Shown here: positions 12,980 to 24,912 of the stretch, in pieces
How the letters are laid out: each line of letters opens with the position of its first letter
Numbering within the stretch: position 1 is the stretch's first letter
Assembly: GCA_016618085.1 (NCBI GenBank)
Contig: JABLTG010000128.1
Location: 1-61,363, forward strand
From: Neovahlkampfia damariscottae
Taxonomy: Eukaryota
Direction: 5' to 3'
DNA: 61,363 bases
Translations under genes and position numbers: made by a program
Notes under the pieces: generated by a model
What the model was told of the DNA's origin: nothing
The model's database searches: none
What the model saw: the letters and a program-made list of their open reading frames with translations, nothing else

Positions 12980-13761
12980 ATGAAGTTGGTTGCAGTTATT
13001 GTTTTTCTCACTTTTGTATGTGCATCATTAGCTATGCCAACATCTTCAGCTTCTTCAACTGTACCTACTATTGAACCACCAAAATGGTGTGGTGACAATG
13101 AACAAGGAAGACCAATTTGTGTAGAATACCAAAAAGTATCATTTAAATGTTATCTCCAAAAAACAAATGGAGACGTTTTTGATTCTAAAGAAATTGAATT
13201 GAATGAAGATTTAGGAGCTACTGTTTTAGCTGCTACAGCACCAACAGCTCCTTCAACAGACCAAATGAATTTTAACTTTGTCAATCAATTTGTGGTGAAG
13301 ATTGGAAACCTATCACTACACCATGTTATGGACAACCATGTGAAGACCCAGTTAAATGTTCATGTCTTTCTTTATTATATGCTCTTAAAAAAAACACAAA
13401 AAATTTACCAGAGACAGTTAGAAGTAATGGTTTGACACTTCTTGAATCAAGATTAGCTCCTTTCAGTTCAAATTATAAAACAACATTAACTTGTCGAAAT
13501 GCTGGAGCTATAGCTACAAGGACTCTTTCAAAGAGACGTACGAATGCAGGTTGTATACTAAAACAACCTGAAGTATTTCCATTTAGATTTCAACCAACAC
13601 AATATTCTCCAAGAGTTCCAATCAACCATGCAATTCAAAAACCTTCATCAATGGTCTCTTTTGGAAAGTCAAAAAGAAAACCAAAAAGAAAAAGACAATT
13701 TACAAAAACAAGAAGTGGAAGATCTATTGTTCGTACATTAGAGTACATTGATTTTGAATAA
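12980..13761 (+). CDS. Putative secreted Cys-rich protein with an apparent single frameshift near 13270
   Basis: Signal peptide MKLVAVIVFLTFVCASLA. The alternative frame from about 13279 reads CQSICGEDWKPITTPCYGQPCEDPVKCSC continuously into ORF 13432..13761. Confidence 0.55.
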
Positions 13762-13762
13762 A

Positions 13763-16267
13763 TTATTTTTTATTTAACTTTTCTTTTTTGAAAAATTTTT
13801 TTTTGTGATCAATCAAAATTTGATCCAACTCAGATTTCAATTTTGGTTCTAATTCAAAATATTCCTCTTGGAATTCAATTTCTTGAAAGTTTCTTTTTAT
13901 AAAATTAAAACAAAGTCTTTTTAATGAAACATCAGAATAAAAATCAGCAATATTCAAAATTTGATAAATATTTTCTAATGAGAAATAGTTGGAGACAATC
14001 TTTCTACAAAAATCAGAAATTTCAACAATTTGGAGTAATAATGAAACAATCAAAATACCAACTCCATTTTCATGATTTAATTCAATTGAATCAGTATAAA
14101 GATAATTTAGGACTTCTAAAGTTGATGCTTTATCACATTCTAATAATTCAATTTCTTTTGAACTTGATTCAATCATTCCGCTTGTAAACATTTTGTTGAA
14201 ATAAGGAGATCTACAAAGTATAACTTTATGAACAAAAATTTTCAAATTTTCACCTAAAATTAATGTCAAATCAGATGAATCTTCATTATCCAAAAAATCA
14301 CCAAAATCAGTTTCCATTTCATCAGTAATGTTTTGAGCATCACTCAAATAGACATTTGAGTAACATATTTTTTTGATTATTTCTTCATTTTCACCAAGAT
14401 CTAATGTCAATTCACATATTTTTTCAATATTCTTTTTAGAGGAAATTGTTAAACTTCCAGTGTAGAGAAATTCGATATACGCCAAAATGGTGTGATAGTT
14501 ATAATCTTTGAAATTTTCAAATACTAATAAATTTGGTGACCTTGCAGATATAACCACTTTGTGAGCATTAATTTCATCAAATTTTTGATTTTCTTCATTA
14601 AAAACTTTAATTGAAAAATCACAAAGAAAATTTTCTTTTCTTTTTTCATTCAAGAATTTTGATAGCATGAACGGTCTTCCAATTTCATTAATTTCATTTA
14701 AACTTAAGACATGATTCAATACTTTGTCTTGAATTGATCCACCAATCAAATACATTTGATTTTTAATAATACCTGCTTTAGCACTGTGAAAAGGAAGTTG
14801 TAATTCATAATTTGATGATTTTTCATTTGGATTTTGTCCTAATACTTTCATTAAATTCCATTCATTTGTTTTAAAATCAAATTTCATCAAAGAATCTTCA
14901 ATTCCATCTTTACTCAATCCTCCATAAAGCAACATTGCATTAATATTGGATAGATAAACTGATGCTGAAAATGAGACTGGAGTTGGAAATCCAGTGTATT
15001 TAATTTCAGTCCATGTTAAATTTTCAATGTCATAAACGAATAAATCATTAAAGAATGTTTGAAAATCCCTTCCTCCAAAAATGTACATTTTTTCGTAGAT
15101 CATTTCAGAAGCATGACCGAATCTTTTTCTTGGCCAATTGATAATATTTTCTTGTGGTATTGTATTAACTTTAATGGTTAACAGCTTTTTGTAAATATCC
15201 ATTTTCACTTCAATCAAATCATCAAACAGTTCATACCCTTTTTTTCCTCCAAACAGGTAAACACTTTCTCCATCAGTTGTTAAACTGAATGAATCTCTTG
15301 CTTTAATCATTTGATTCTTTTGGTATTCCATGACAGGTGAAATATGCTGGACATTTCCTGTTGGATTAAGACCAATCAAATGTCCCCAAGTCAATGTTTG
15401 ATCATTGTCAACTTTTAGAAGGTAAAAATTATCAATTTGACTTACTTCCTGAAATTAAATTGAAATTCAACATATTTCCTGATGAATAAACTACCATAAA
15501 CATATTTCTTAAACATACCATTTGATGATTATACACTCCTTGTGTTGGTGAACAATTCTTTTTGTATGTCAAATTTGAGTGAATTATGAATGTATTTTCA
15601 TTTGGATTGTATGAAATTAAATCATTATAAATTTGATTCATGTTGGTTCCTTTGTGAAAAAATTTAAAATCTTGTGAAAACTACCTCCATGAATGAAAAT
15701 TTTTTCATTGTAAGTTACTGAAGCATAATTTGATCTCATACTGAAATGTGATGTTTGTTTCACTTCCTCAAAATTGAAAGGTGGTATAACTTCACCATTT
15801 ACATCCAACACTTTGAATGGATTATTCTTTAAAGCTGTTGCTTCTGGAGCAAGAAATTTGTTGCTTGAAAAACGAGAATTAAACATAATTTCGCTTCTTC
15901 TTTTATCGTTTTCAGGATTTTTAACCATTTTATAACCTCTAATATTTGTTTTTCTTTGAAAATTCATGTTTATGTACTCTTCAATTTTTGGTTGAAAATT
16001 CACTTCTTCACGAAATTGAACTTCTTCTTTTTTTATGACTTTTATAGTTGACTCTTCAAATTGTATTTTATTTTCTTTTCTTTTTTCTTTTTTGAGTCTA
16101 GTTTTTTTCTTTGGTTCATTGGTATTTGTGAGAGTAATTTTGGATTTGGTTTCTTCGGATTTTTCTTTAACCATGTATTGTTTTAACAATTCATTTTCGT
16201 ATTCTTCTTCATCTTCGTCGTTTTCTTCTTCATATGCATAAAAATTATCAACGTCTTTGATGTTCAT
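13763..16267 (-). CDS. Kelch-repeat plus tandem BTB protein (LZTR1-like architecture), 3 exons
   Basis: Kelch GG motifs (IFIHGG, VYLFGG, MYIFGG, LLYGG, YLIGG) and two BTB domains (AHKVVISARS, VHKVILCRSPYF). Confidence 0.85.
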
Positions 16268-16427
16268 TGTGAGAAACGTTGACCAACTAAAAATTGCTGG
16301 TTTTTATTGGAAAATTAAATTTGAAGGTTCAAAAATGAAATTGATTTCTAATTTTTTTTGAATATTGAATCAAAAAAAAGAAGAAGTCAAATAACTTCGA
16401 CTGCCAATCAAATTGTAGGAGAGCACA

Positions 16428-16817
16428 ATGATTGAAGAAAGCAAAATTCAGCCGTGGAACAGAGACGACAACTCAACAGAACCATTTGGTAAAGAATTTT
16501 CTTTATCTGTTGTAAATAAATTAAAAGTCAAAAAAGAAGCCTGTGTGAACATCCATCGTGACTTTTGTGGTATTTGTTTGGTGTATGACGAAAAATCAGA
16601 TGACTTTAGTGTTAGTTATGTGAATGATGGATATATAGAAAAAGAATCTATTGTAAAAATTAATGGAACTGATCAATTTGTTGATTGGTTGTCAAAACAA
16701 AGTGATTTTACATTCAGTGGACATGATGAACGTTCAGAGTTGTATGAAGAATCAAATTGGACCAAAGACAATCAAAGAATTACAAGAAAAAAGTTAATTG
16801 ATTTCTTGAAAGAATAA
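16428..16817 (+). CDS. Hypothetical protein, 129 aa, intronless
   Basis: Clean ORF preceded by CCAATCA at 16404, containing HRDFCG, FVDWLSKQSD and NQRITR. Confidence 0.7.
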   Translation: MIEESKIQPWNRDDNSTEPFGKEFSLSVVNKLKVKKEACVNIHRDFCGICLVYDEKSDDFSVSYVNDGYIEKESIVKINGTDQFVDWLSKQSDFTFSGHDERSELYEESNWTKDNQRITRKKLIDFLKE

Positions 16818-16899
16818 GACACTTGGACAATGTCTTCATAAGAATAAAGGTTATTTTCAAGTTGAAGAGTATTGTTTCAACAGAACAAGTCCTTTTCAA
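16815..16899. repeat. Partial copy (one end) of the MITE-like element at 29360-29654
   Basis: TAAGACACTTGGACAAT...ATAAGAATAAAGGTTATTTTCAAGTTGAAGA..TGTTTCAAC.GAACAAGT aligns by eye with the reverse complement of about 29572-29654. Confidence 0.8.
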
Positions 16900-16980
16900 C
16901 TTCAATAAAAATCGTTATTAAAAATTATCCGGTTACCCAATCAATTCAATTGCTATTTAGTCAAAAGGAAAACTGTTGTG

Positions 16981-19255
16981 ATGACGAGTATTCAGCAGGA
17001 TGATTATGAAATAGAGGAGGATAAAATCATTGAAAGATATGGGATTACATGGTTAAAGGAATTAAAATTCGCAGGTTTTTATTTTTTAAATTAAAATCAA
17101 ACTTGAAAGGTGTTCTTGTTATGTTTTTGGGTGTTTTTGCATTAATGATTTTTACAATTGTACAGTTTATGGAGAATGATTATACCATACTAGATTCAAG
17201 AATTGAAGATATTTTCTCTTCAAGAATTTCAAAAGAAACATGCAAAACAAATCTTGAATTTTACACAAGAACTGCTCATATGGGCGGTACAAAAAATCAA
17301 GTGAATTTAACAAAACATATGAAAAATCAATTTGAAGATTATTTTTCAGATTTACCGAAAGACCAAGTGAAAATAACCACTGAAACTTATGATGTTTTAT
17401 TATCCTATCCAACAGATGAATCAAAAGTTGAACTTTTTGAAGGAAACAATAGAATTAATAAATTTGATTTAATTGAAGATGAAAAGTATCCACAAAAAGA
17501 ATACAGAGGTTTTAATTTAACACATTAATTTTCATGTTAGGTTTTTTGGCTTATTCACCAAGTGGTGAAATTGAAGGAAATTTTTTTTATGTTAATTATG
17601 GAAGAAAAGAAGATTTTGATCACTTAAAAAAACTAAACTATAATTTAACTAATTCTATTGTGATTTCAAGATATGGTAAGTTATTTAGAGGTATCAAAGT
17701 CAGAAATGCAGAAAAAGCAGGATGTAAAGGAATTATAATTTATTCAGACCCACAAGATGATGGCATTAGTAAAGGCCCTGTTTATCCTGATGGTCCAAAT
17801 CGACCTGAAAATGGAATTCAAAGAGGAAATGTAATGTATCCAGAAATTAAAGGAGATCCAACGACACCAGGTTTCCCATCAATTCCAGGAACTATCAATA
17901 GAATTAAAAGAGAAGAAGTGACAAATTTACCTCAAAAAATTTTGGCAATTCCGATGAACCAACGTGATGCAAAAATTTTACTCTCAAAGTTAGAAGGACC
18001 TACAGTTCCAGAATCATGGAAAGGTGATATAAAAGGCATTGATTATAAAATTGGATCACAAAAATCAAATTTTAAAATCAAAATGAAAGTGAAAAATGAA
18101 GAAAAGATCAAACCAATTCAAAATTTATTTGTTATTATTAGAGGTGAAACCGAGCCAGATAGAGAAATCATTGTTGGAAATCATAGAGATGCATGGATTT
18201 TTGGAGGTGTTGATCCTCATGGTGGTACCATTTCATTCCTTGAAGTTGTGAAATCCACTGCTTATTTATTAAAAAATACAAAATGGAAACCAAGGAGAAC
18301 AATAATATTTGCATCATGGGATGCAGAAGAACATGGGCTATTAGGATCAGTAGAATGGGTAGAACACTATTCAAGTTTCTTAAAAAAGAACGTTGTTGCT
18401 TATATCAATTTAGACTTAATCTCTGGACTTCATTTCAAAGTTTCATCATCTCCAGCATTATCAGAGCTTGTAAGAGAAATTTCAACTGATTTAACGTCAC
18501 CATTTCAACCAAATACAACTTTAGATAAATCATGGGGAAATCAAACAGCCTATGTTGGTGGTGGATCAGATTTCACTCCATTTTTCCATCACCTTGGAAT
18601 TTCAGTGATCGATTTAAGTTTTAAACAGACTCATCCACACGGTACATATCACTCTATTTATGAGAATTATGATTATTATTCGAAATATGTTGATCCAAAT
18701 TTTGATGCATGTTTTACCATGTCAAAAATGATGGGATTGATACTTTTGAAATTATCTACAAATCACTTGTTAAATTTTGAACTATCAGAACAAACAAAAG
18801 TTTTGAAAGATTATTTTAAAAAGTTAGAAGACAATCAGTACTTTTTGGATTTCAAATCAAAGTTAACCAATCAACAATTGAATGAATTTAACTTTCATGT
18901 TGGAAATTTAAATGAAACTATTAAAGAATTCAATGTAGAAATTTTGAAATTTAATGACAAATTGAAGAGATTTAAACAAATTGGATCCACACAACAAAAT
19001 TATGAAATTTCTTTGAGACTTTATAACGATAAATTATCAATGCTTGAAAGAACTTTTACCAAAGAAGAAGGAATTTTTAGTAGACCTTGGTATAAACATG
19101 TTATTTGTTCAATTGGTACAGATTTGGGTTATGGTTTTGAAGTATTTCCAGCATTGATGGATGCAATGCGATTATATGACTTTGATATTTCATTGAAAGC
19201 TTTGGAACAATTGATTTCTTCTTTAAAATCATCAATAAACTTTTTACAATTTTAA
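16981..19255 (+). CDS. Glutamate carboxypeptidase II-like M28 metallopeptidase (type II membrane, PA and TfR-dimer domains)
   Basis: N-terminal TM, YVNYGRKEDF, RYGKLFRGIKV, GNHRDAW, SWDAEEHGLLGSVEW, GSDFTPF and YHSIYE. Two introns. Confidence 0.93.
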
Positions 19256-19283
19256 TCCAATCAAGTTTCTTCATTGTTCAACC

Positions 19284-20621
19284 ATGTTCAAGCAAATAGA
19301 TGGCAAATTTGGAAAATGTTTGGTCTCAACAAAAAGTTTATCTGCTGGAGAGCTCATCCTTAAAGAAAATCCTTCATGTCATGTTGTAACTGATTCTTTG
19401 TTATCAACAAATTGCCAGAATTGTTTAACTTTTTTAAAGAAAAAATTTAGATGTAATAATTGTCAATATATTTATTACTGTTCTCCAAAATGTCAAAAAG
19501 AAGATTGGATAAACCATAAACATGAGTGTAAAAGTATTTTAAAAATATCACCAAATAAACCAACTGAATCGATTCGACTCATGGGTAGAGTATTACAAAA
19601 GCGATTAGCAGATGAAAGTTTTTATAAAAAATATCAAAATTTGATTTCACGTTTGTCAAAATTTTCACTAAATAATTTTTTAGATTATGATCAAAAAAAA
19701 GATGATAAAGAATTACTACAAATGGGTGTTTTAGTGCATCAATTCATCTCAGAAGAATCAAAAATACCATTGGAATCAATTGTCGAAAATTTTTGTCGTT
19801 TCAAATGCAACAATTTTTGTATTAATGATGAAGATCAAAATACATTAGGAACTGGAATTTATTTAACAGCATCTTCTTTAAACCACTCTTGTGAACCAAA
19901 TTCCGTTGTTATTTTCAACTCAAATGAACTTCAACTTCGAAATATTCGACCAATAGAAACAAATGAAGAATTAACCATCAGTTACATTGAATTAGCATCA
20001 AGTTATAATTCAAGAAATTCTTTATTACAATCACAATACTTTTTCACATGCACTTGTCAAAAATGTGAAAAAAAAATTAATGATGAATTTTTGACAGGTC
20101 TGATTTGTTCAGAATGTAAAGTTTTACTGGAAAATCGAATTTGCAAAAAATGTAAAAAATCAATGAACATCAACAAATTTGAGTCTCAATTTAAAACATC
20201 AATGGACTTTTATAAAGATGGGAAATTTGAAGAATGTTATAAAATTCAAAAGAAATTACTTTATTTTCAGAATGAATATTTAATCAAAACATTGGCAAGT
20301 TTGATTAAAAAATCGATAGATAATCAACAATTTAATAAGGCAATCGATTATTCTTTGGTGATTTTACCAATTTATGAATTTTTGTATCCTGACAATTATC
20401 CAATTTTGGGACTTGAATATTTCATTTTAGCAAAGATTTATTGGTATTTTGAAAATGCTGTGGATGCACTTGTGTTCTTCAAAAAAGCTTCAAACATTCT
20501 AAAAATTTGTTTTGGTAAAAATCATCATTTAACCAAAGATTTATATGAAAAAATTAAATTATCTGAAATGGAACTACATTATCGAGGTGTTCAAATGAAC
20601 CAATTGAAGAAAATAAAATGA
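19284..20621 (+). CDS. SMYD-family SET-MYND lysine methyltransferase
   Basis: MYND finger (CQNC..CNNC..YCSPKCQKEDWINHKHEC), NHSCEPN, ELTISY and post-SET FTCTCQKC. Probable in-frame intron 19651-19683. Confidence 0.92.
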   Translation: MFKQIDGKFGKCLVSTKSLSAGELILKENPSCHVVTDSLLSTNCQNCLTFLKKKFRCNNCQYIYYCSPKCQKEDWINHKHECKSILKISPNKPTESIRLMGRVLQKRLADESFYKKYQNLISRLSKFSLNNFLDYDQKKDDKELLQMGVLVHQFISEESKIPLESIVENFCRFKCNNFCINDEDQNTLGTGIYLTASSLNHSCEPNSVVIFNSNELQLRNIRPIETNEELTISYIELASSYNSRNSLLQSQYFFTCTCQKCEKKINDEFLTGLICSECKVLLENRICKKCKKSMNINKFESQFKTSMDFYKDGKFEECYKIQKKLLYFQNEYLIKTLASLIKKSIDNQQFNKAIDYSLVILPIYEFLYPDNYPILGLEYFILAKIYWYFENAVDALVFFKKASNILKICFGKNHHLTKDLYEKIKLSEMELHYRGVQMNQLKKIK

Positions 20622-20700
20622 ACCAATCAACTAAATTTTCAAGAAAAAAGAAGAAATTAAAAAAATTGATTTAAATAATTTTAATATTGTTTTCAAAAGT

Positions 20701-22351
20701 TTACATGAGTAAACAACTACGTCCTGTTTGAATAACATCAGGTGCATTTTCATCTTCATTATCATCTCTATTATAAAAAGTTTTTCCATTTCCATAACTT
20801 TTTGTAGTATCAACTGGAAAACATACATTTGCCCATGTTCTTTCTTCTGAATCAAAAACTTTTCTACAAACTCTTTTTCCAGATAACTTTTTAATTAAAT
20901 TTTCCATTTCAATAAGATCCTTTTCATATCTTAATGTAGGTAACCAATATCTAATGAGTGAACTTTTGACTTCTTCAAGTTCTTCATTTTGAAATACTTC
21001 AATGATAAATTGTTCTAAAAATGGTTTCTTCATATGTTCTAATCCACAAATTCCTAAACATTTGAGAATTCTTGTAATTCTGAGATAATTATGACTGTGA
21101 TATGATAAATTTCTAAATCTTGATTTGTAGTTATCACTTCTTCCAATTTCTCCTGTTTCTTTGTTTTTTAAAACAAAACCATAAAAATCAAGCATTACCT
21201 CATATGATTTAATAAGATTTGCTTGCATTTCTGGTGATTTTTTAAATTGTTCAGCTTCATTTTTTGTCATTCTAAAAATAGATTAATTTTTTTTTTTTTT
21301 TTTTTTTTACGGTTGAACACTTGCCATACCAGCTTCTCTAATTGGAAACAACCATTGAATATAATTATGTCTTGCTTCTAACATGTCATAATCACCCCAA
21401 AAATCCTATTCAAAAATAATTAAAAATAACTTGATTCTTTTACTTGATGTACTTTTTTAATTTTTCCTCCTTCTGTTTGAGATGCTTTCAATCCCTTATA
21501 AAATAAAGCATTTTCTTGATGAGTTGTATCATCTTCAGGATAATGATCTGCATATCTTGAACCATAATAAGATGTATTTTTTTCAATAAGTTTTTCAAAG
21601 TACTTGTTTAAAAGTTGTTTGTATTCTTCTTTGATTTCAAACTCCAATGATTTTTTATCAACTTGTTGGAATACATCTAAAATTTTTTCAACATCTTCTG
21701 GTAGTTCTACAATTTCATCGTCTTCTTCAACTTCCATTTTTTCAGTGTCAACTGTTTCTTTCTTTTCTGTTTTTAAAGGTTTGTCTTTGAAATGTTCATC
21801 TAAAGTTTTTGTGATGAAAATGGAAAGTCCTTTGATGACTTCTGGTTTGTCACAAACTTTTTTAGCGAATGTTGGTTGAACTACTTGATGTGGTGGTGGT
21901 CTCCAGATTAATGGTGTTTTTCTCTGTCAAAATGTTAAATTTTTTTTTTTTTTACATAGGTTTTGTCCATCCAGTTGTAAACAAGACTGGTGAACCTCCA
22001 TGATATATTGAAAGTTTTGAAATAATCTTCGATTTCACCTTCAAATGATTTCTCAATTCTTTAGAAAGTGAGTTAGAAAAAAAAAGTAAAACTTTGTAGT
22101 CATGAATTTTTCAAGTTCATCAAGAAACATTTGATGGAATTCTTTTTCTAAATCTTTGGTACATGGTCTGAATCCGATGATATTACTAAATTAAGAAGAA
22201 ATTAATTTTTTTTTTTTTGGGAGTACGAGAAATCAAAAGTGAAAGAACTTGGTTCTGGTTCATCTGAGAGTTTTTTGTAAGCTTCTTGGACTTGTTTTGT
22301 AACTTCTTCAATTTGTTTTTTATCTTCTTCTGGAGACCCTTTTTTAGACAT
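20701..22351 (-). CDS. Opioid growth factor receptor (OGFr)-domain protein, multi-exon
   Basis: LEARHNYIQWLFPIRE, MLDFYG and HNYLRITRILKCL. ATG 22351 is directly preceded by a CCAATCA box. Confidence 0.85.
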
Positions 22352-22529
22352 TTTGTTGATTGGTTGAAAAATTCTAAATTTGGACTTATATTGAGCAAAT
22401 CAGAATGAAGATTCAATGCTTCAAATAAATAATTCAAAATTGAAAGAAAAGCATTGTTTGCTGATTCTCTGAAAATCTGTAAATAAGAAAATATTGACCA
22501 ATTATAATCCTCCTCAACTCAAAGTTAAA

Positions 22530-23516
22530 ATGACCAAATCGAAAAAAGCGAAAAAGACTGGAGAAAAAGAAGATTATTTAAAACCAGATCTCCATACATT
22601 TTTAAACGTGAAAAAACAAATTTTGGAATTAGAGTTCAAATTACCTTCAGTTCCATTATCAAAAATTAACATTGAAGCAACAGAAAATCACATTCACTTG
22701 GACACATTGCAACATAAAAAAAAATATTTTTATGAGTAAAAAACAATTACAATTTACAATTTTATTCTGAATATAGATCTACTTACCCTGATAATGTTTC
22801 ATGTGAATTTTCAAAACAAACTGCAGAATTTGATGGAGTAACTTTGAAATTACAACTTCCACTTTTAAAAGTTCCTGCAGAAAAATCCAAACCAGCAGAA
22901 AAACCTGAACCAGTAGAAAACAAATCAAAAAATGCTGAAAAAAAAGCAGAAGTCAAAAAAAACGTAAACAATCCGAAAAAGACTGAAGAAAAAAAAGATT
23001 ATTTAAAACCAGATCTCCATACATTTTTACACTTGGAAAAACAATTTTTGAAATTAGAGTTCAAATTACCTTCAGTTCCATTATCAAAAATTAACATTGA
23101 AGCAAAAAAAAATCACATTCACTTGGACACATTGCAACACACAAGAAAATATTTTTATGAGTAAAAAAACAAATACACTTACACTTTTACTCTAAATATA
23201 GATCAACTTACCCTGGTAATGTTTCATGTGAAATTTCAAATGAATTGAATGCAGAATTTGACGGAACAACTTTGAAATTACAACTTCCACTTTTAAAAGT
23301 TCCAGCAGAAACTGAAAAGGCAGAAGTAAGAAAAAAAAAATTAAATTATAAAAGAAAGCAAAACTTGAAAGCATAAGAGAAACAAAAAAAGTAAAATTAA
23401 AACCACAACAAAGAAAAATTATTCAACAACATAAAGTTGCAAAGATTAAAAAACAAGCAAAAACTCAAAGAAAAAGAGAAAATATTGAATATCATACTGA
23501 AAGAATAAAAAAATAA
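22530..23516 (+). CDS. Protein with two tandem HSP20/CS-like beta-sandwich repeats and a basic tail, multi-exon
   Basis: Duplicated unit LELEFKLPSVPLSKINIEA...HIHLDT...AEFDG.TLKLQLPL. Introns at 22736-22777 and 23161-23201, plus a probable third near 23326. Confidence 0.6.
22549..23312 (+). repeat. Intragenic tandem duplication, period about 425 bp
   Basis: About 22549-22885 versus 22974-23312: near-identical exon sequence with an intron at the same position in both copies. Confidence 0.92.
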
Positions 23517-23548
23517 ATTATATTTGGACTCTTAACTACATATATTTT

Positions 23549-24394
23549 TTAACTTTGATTTCTGACTTTAAAATGATTCATCAGTGTTTCATAGACAAAA
23601 AATGTGACAGCATTCACTGGGTATGCTCTGATTAAACATGAAGATATTCCACGATAAAAAGTTGTTAAACCTTCTGTTTGATAAATCTTCTTTGTACAAT
23701 CAAAAAAACCAGTATATTTATCGTGACCAGGCTGTGGGTATACAGGTAAAGTTTGTAGTCTCGTTTTAATGACATCTATTGGGTAACATTGTGCCCATGC
23801 AACTGTTCCTGCAATTCCTCCTGCATTTAAACATGAAATGTAATTGTCACCAAATTTTCGGTGGAAATATTCATAAACAGAAAAATACAAACCATATGAA
23901 GGAGTTTCTCTTAAAATAGTTGACGAAAGACCTTTGAATAATCCTTTGAAACCTTCTTGTTTTAAAATGTGCCTCAAGCAATCAATATTTCCTTTGAATT
24001 GTGTTGAAGTTTGTAATTTAGATTTAATTAAATCTGTTGGTGTTAATATCAAACAATTTGAAAATCCAGAAACCATCCCAGCTAAACTGATCTGTAAAAT
24101 TGTTGGTTGTTCGGTTTGTATTTTTGCGTTTTGATGAAAAAATCTTAAACTATTTCCATAGACTCCAAATAGAATTGCATTAACAGCACCAATTCCAAAC
24201 ATTGGAGAAATAGAGCCTTTATAAAAACCTTTCGGGCCTTCATTTTTAAAAATGTCTTTAACAACTTTGTTGAATTTTTTTTGATAATTTGATTGAATAT
24301 TTACTTTTATTACATCCAGTGGTTGACCAGCCAAAACTCCTGTAATTCCTCCTGCTGTACCTGAAAAAAAATCAACAAAAGAAAAAGTAGACAT
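23549..24394 (-). CDS. Mitochondrial carrier (SLC25, carnitine/basic amino acid carrier-like)
   Basis: Three PxDxxK motifs (PLDVIK, PTDLIK, PIDVIKTR), RETPSYG and RAYPVNA. Confidence 0.93.
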   Translation of the reverse strand: MSTFSFVDFFSGTAGGITGVLAGQPLDVIKVNIQSNYQKKFNKVVKDIFKNEGPKGFYKGSISPMFGIGAVNAILFGVYGNSLRFFHQNAKIQTEQPTILQISLAGMVSGFSNCLILTPTDLIKSKLQTSTQFKGNIDCLRHILKQEGFKGLFKGLSSTILRETPSYGLYFSVYEYFHRKFGDNYISCLNAGGIAGTVAWAQCYPIDVIKTRLQTLPVYPQPGHDKYTGFFDCTKKIYQTEGLTTFYRGISSCLIRAYPVNAVTFFVYETLMNHFKVRNQS

Positions 24395-24432
24395 TTTTTG
24401 ATTGGCAGAAAAAGCCAGGAAAATTTTTTTAT

Positions 24433-24839
24433 TTATTCATCAGGTTTAATATCTTTATCAAGTTCAAACCACATTAAAATTTCCAATTTTTTTGATTTTC
24501 CACTTCCTTCAGAATAACTATGAGAAGAACTTAAAACTTTATAGCCTTGAGTTCTCATTCCATCAATAATCAAAGAAGAAATTAACAGTTGTTTTTCAAC
24601 ACTCATGTCTTCTGATTTTCCATCAAATTTGAAATCAGCTTCCCTTTTTAAAAAAGTTAATTTTTTTTTTTTTGTTACCAAGTGAGTTTCTCCTTATCAA
24701 GTTGTACTTTGACAAATTCGAAACCACGTGCTTTCATTTCATCATTGAATTTGTTTAATGCTGTTTTTGAAAGTGAATTTGATAATTTCCAAGAACAACT
24801 TTGAGGAAGTTGAAAACAAACAGTGTTGTGAAGTGCCAT
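24433..24839 (-). CDS. Hypothetical small protein, 2 exons
   Basis: ATG 24839 after a CCAAT box; MALHNTVCFQLPQSCSW... splices via a GT-AG intron near 24645-24678 to EADFKFDG... Confidence 0.65.
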
Positions 24840-24912
24840 TTTAATTGGTTAATGATTTTGATTGGGTCAAAATTCTCCTTTATGACAAACCGAAAGTAGT
24901 TGTAAGATTTTT

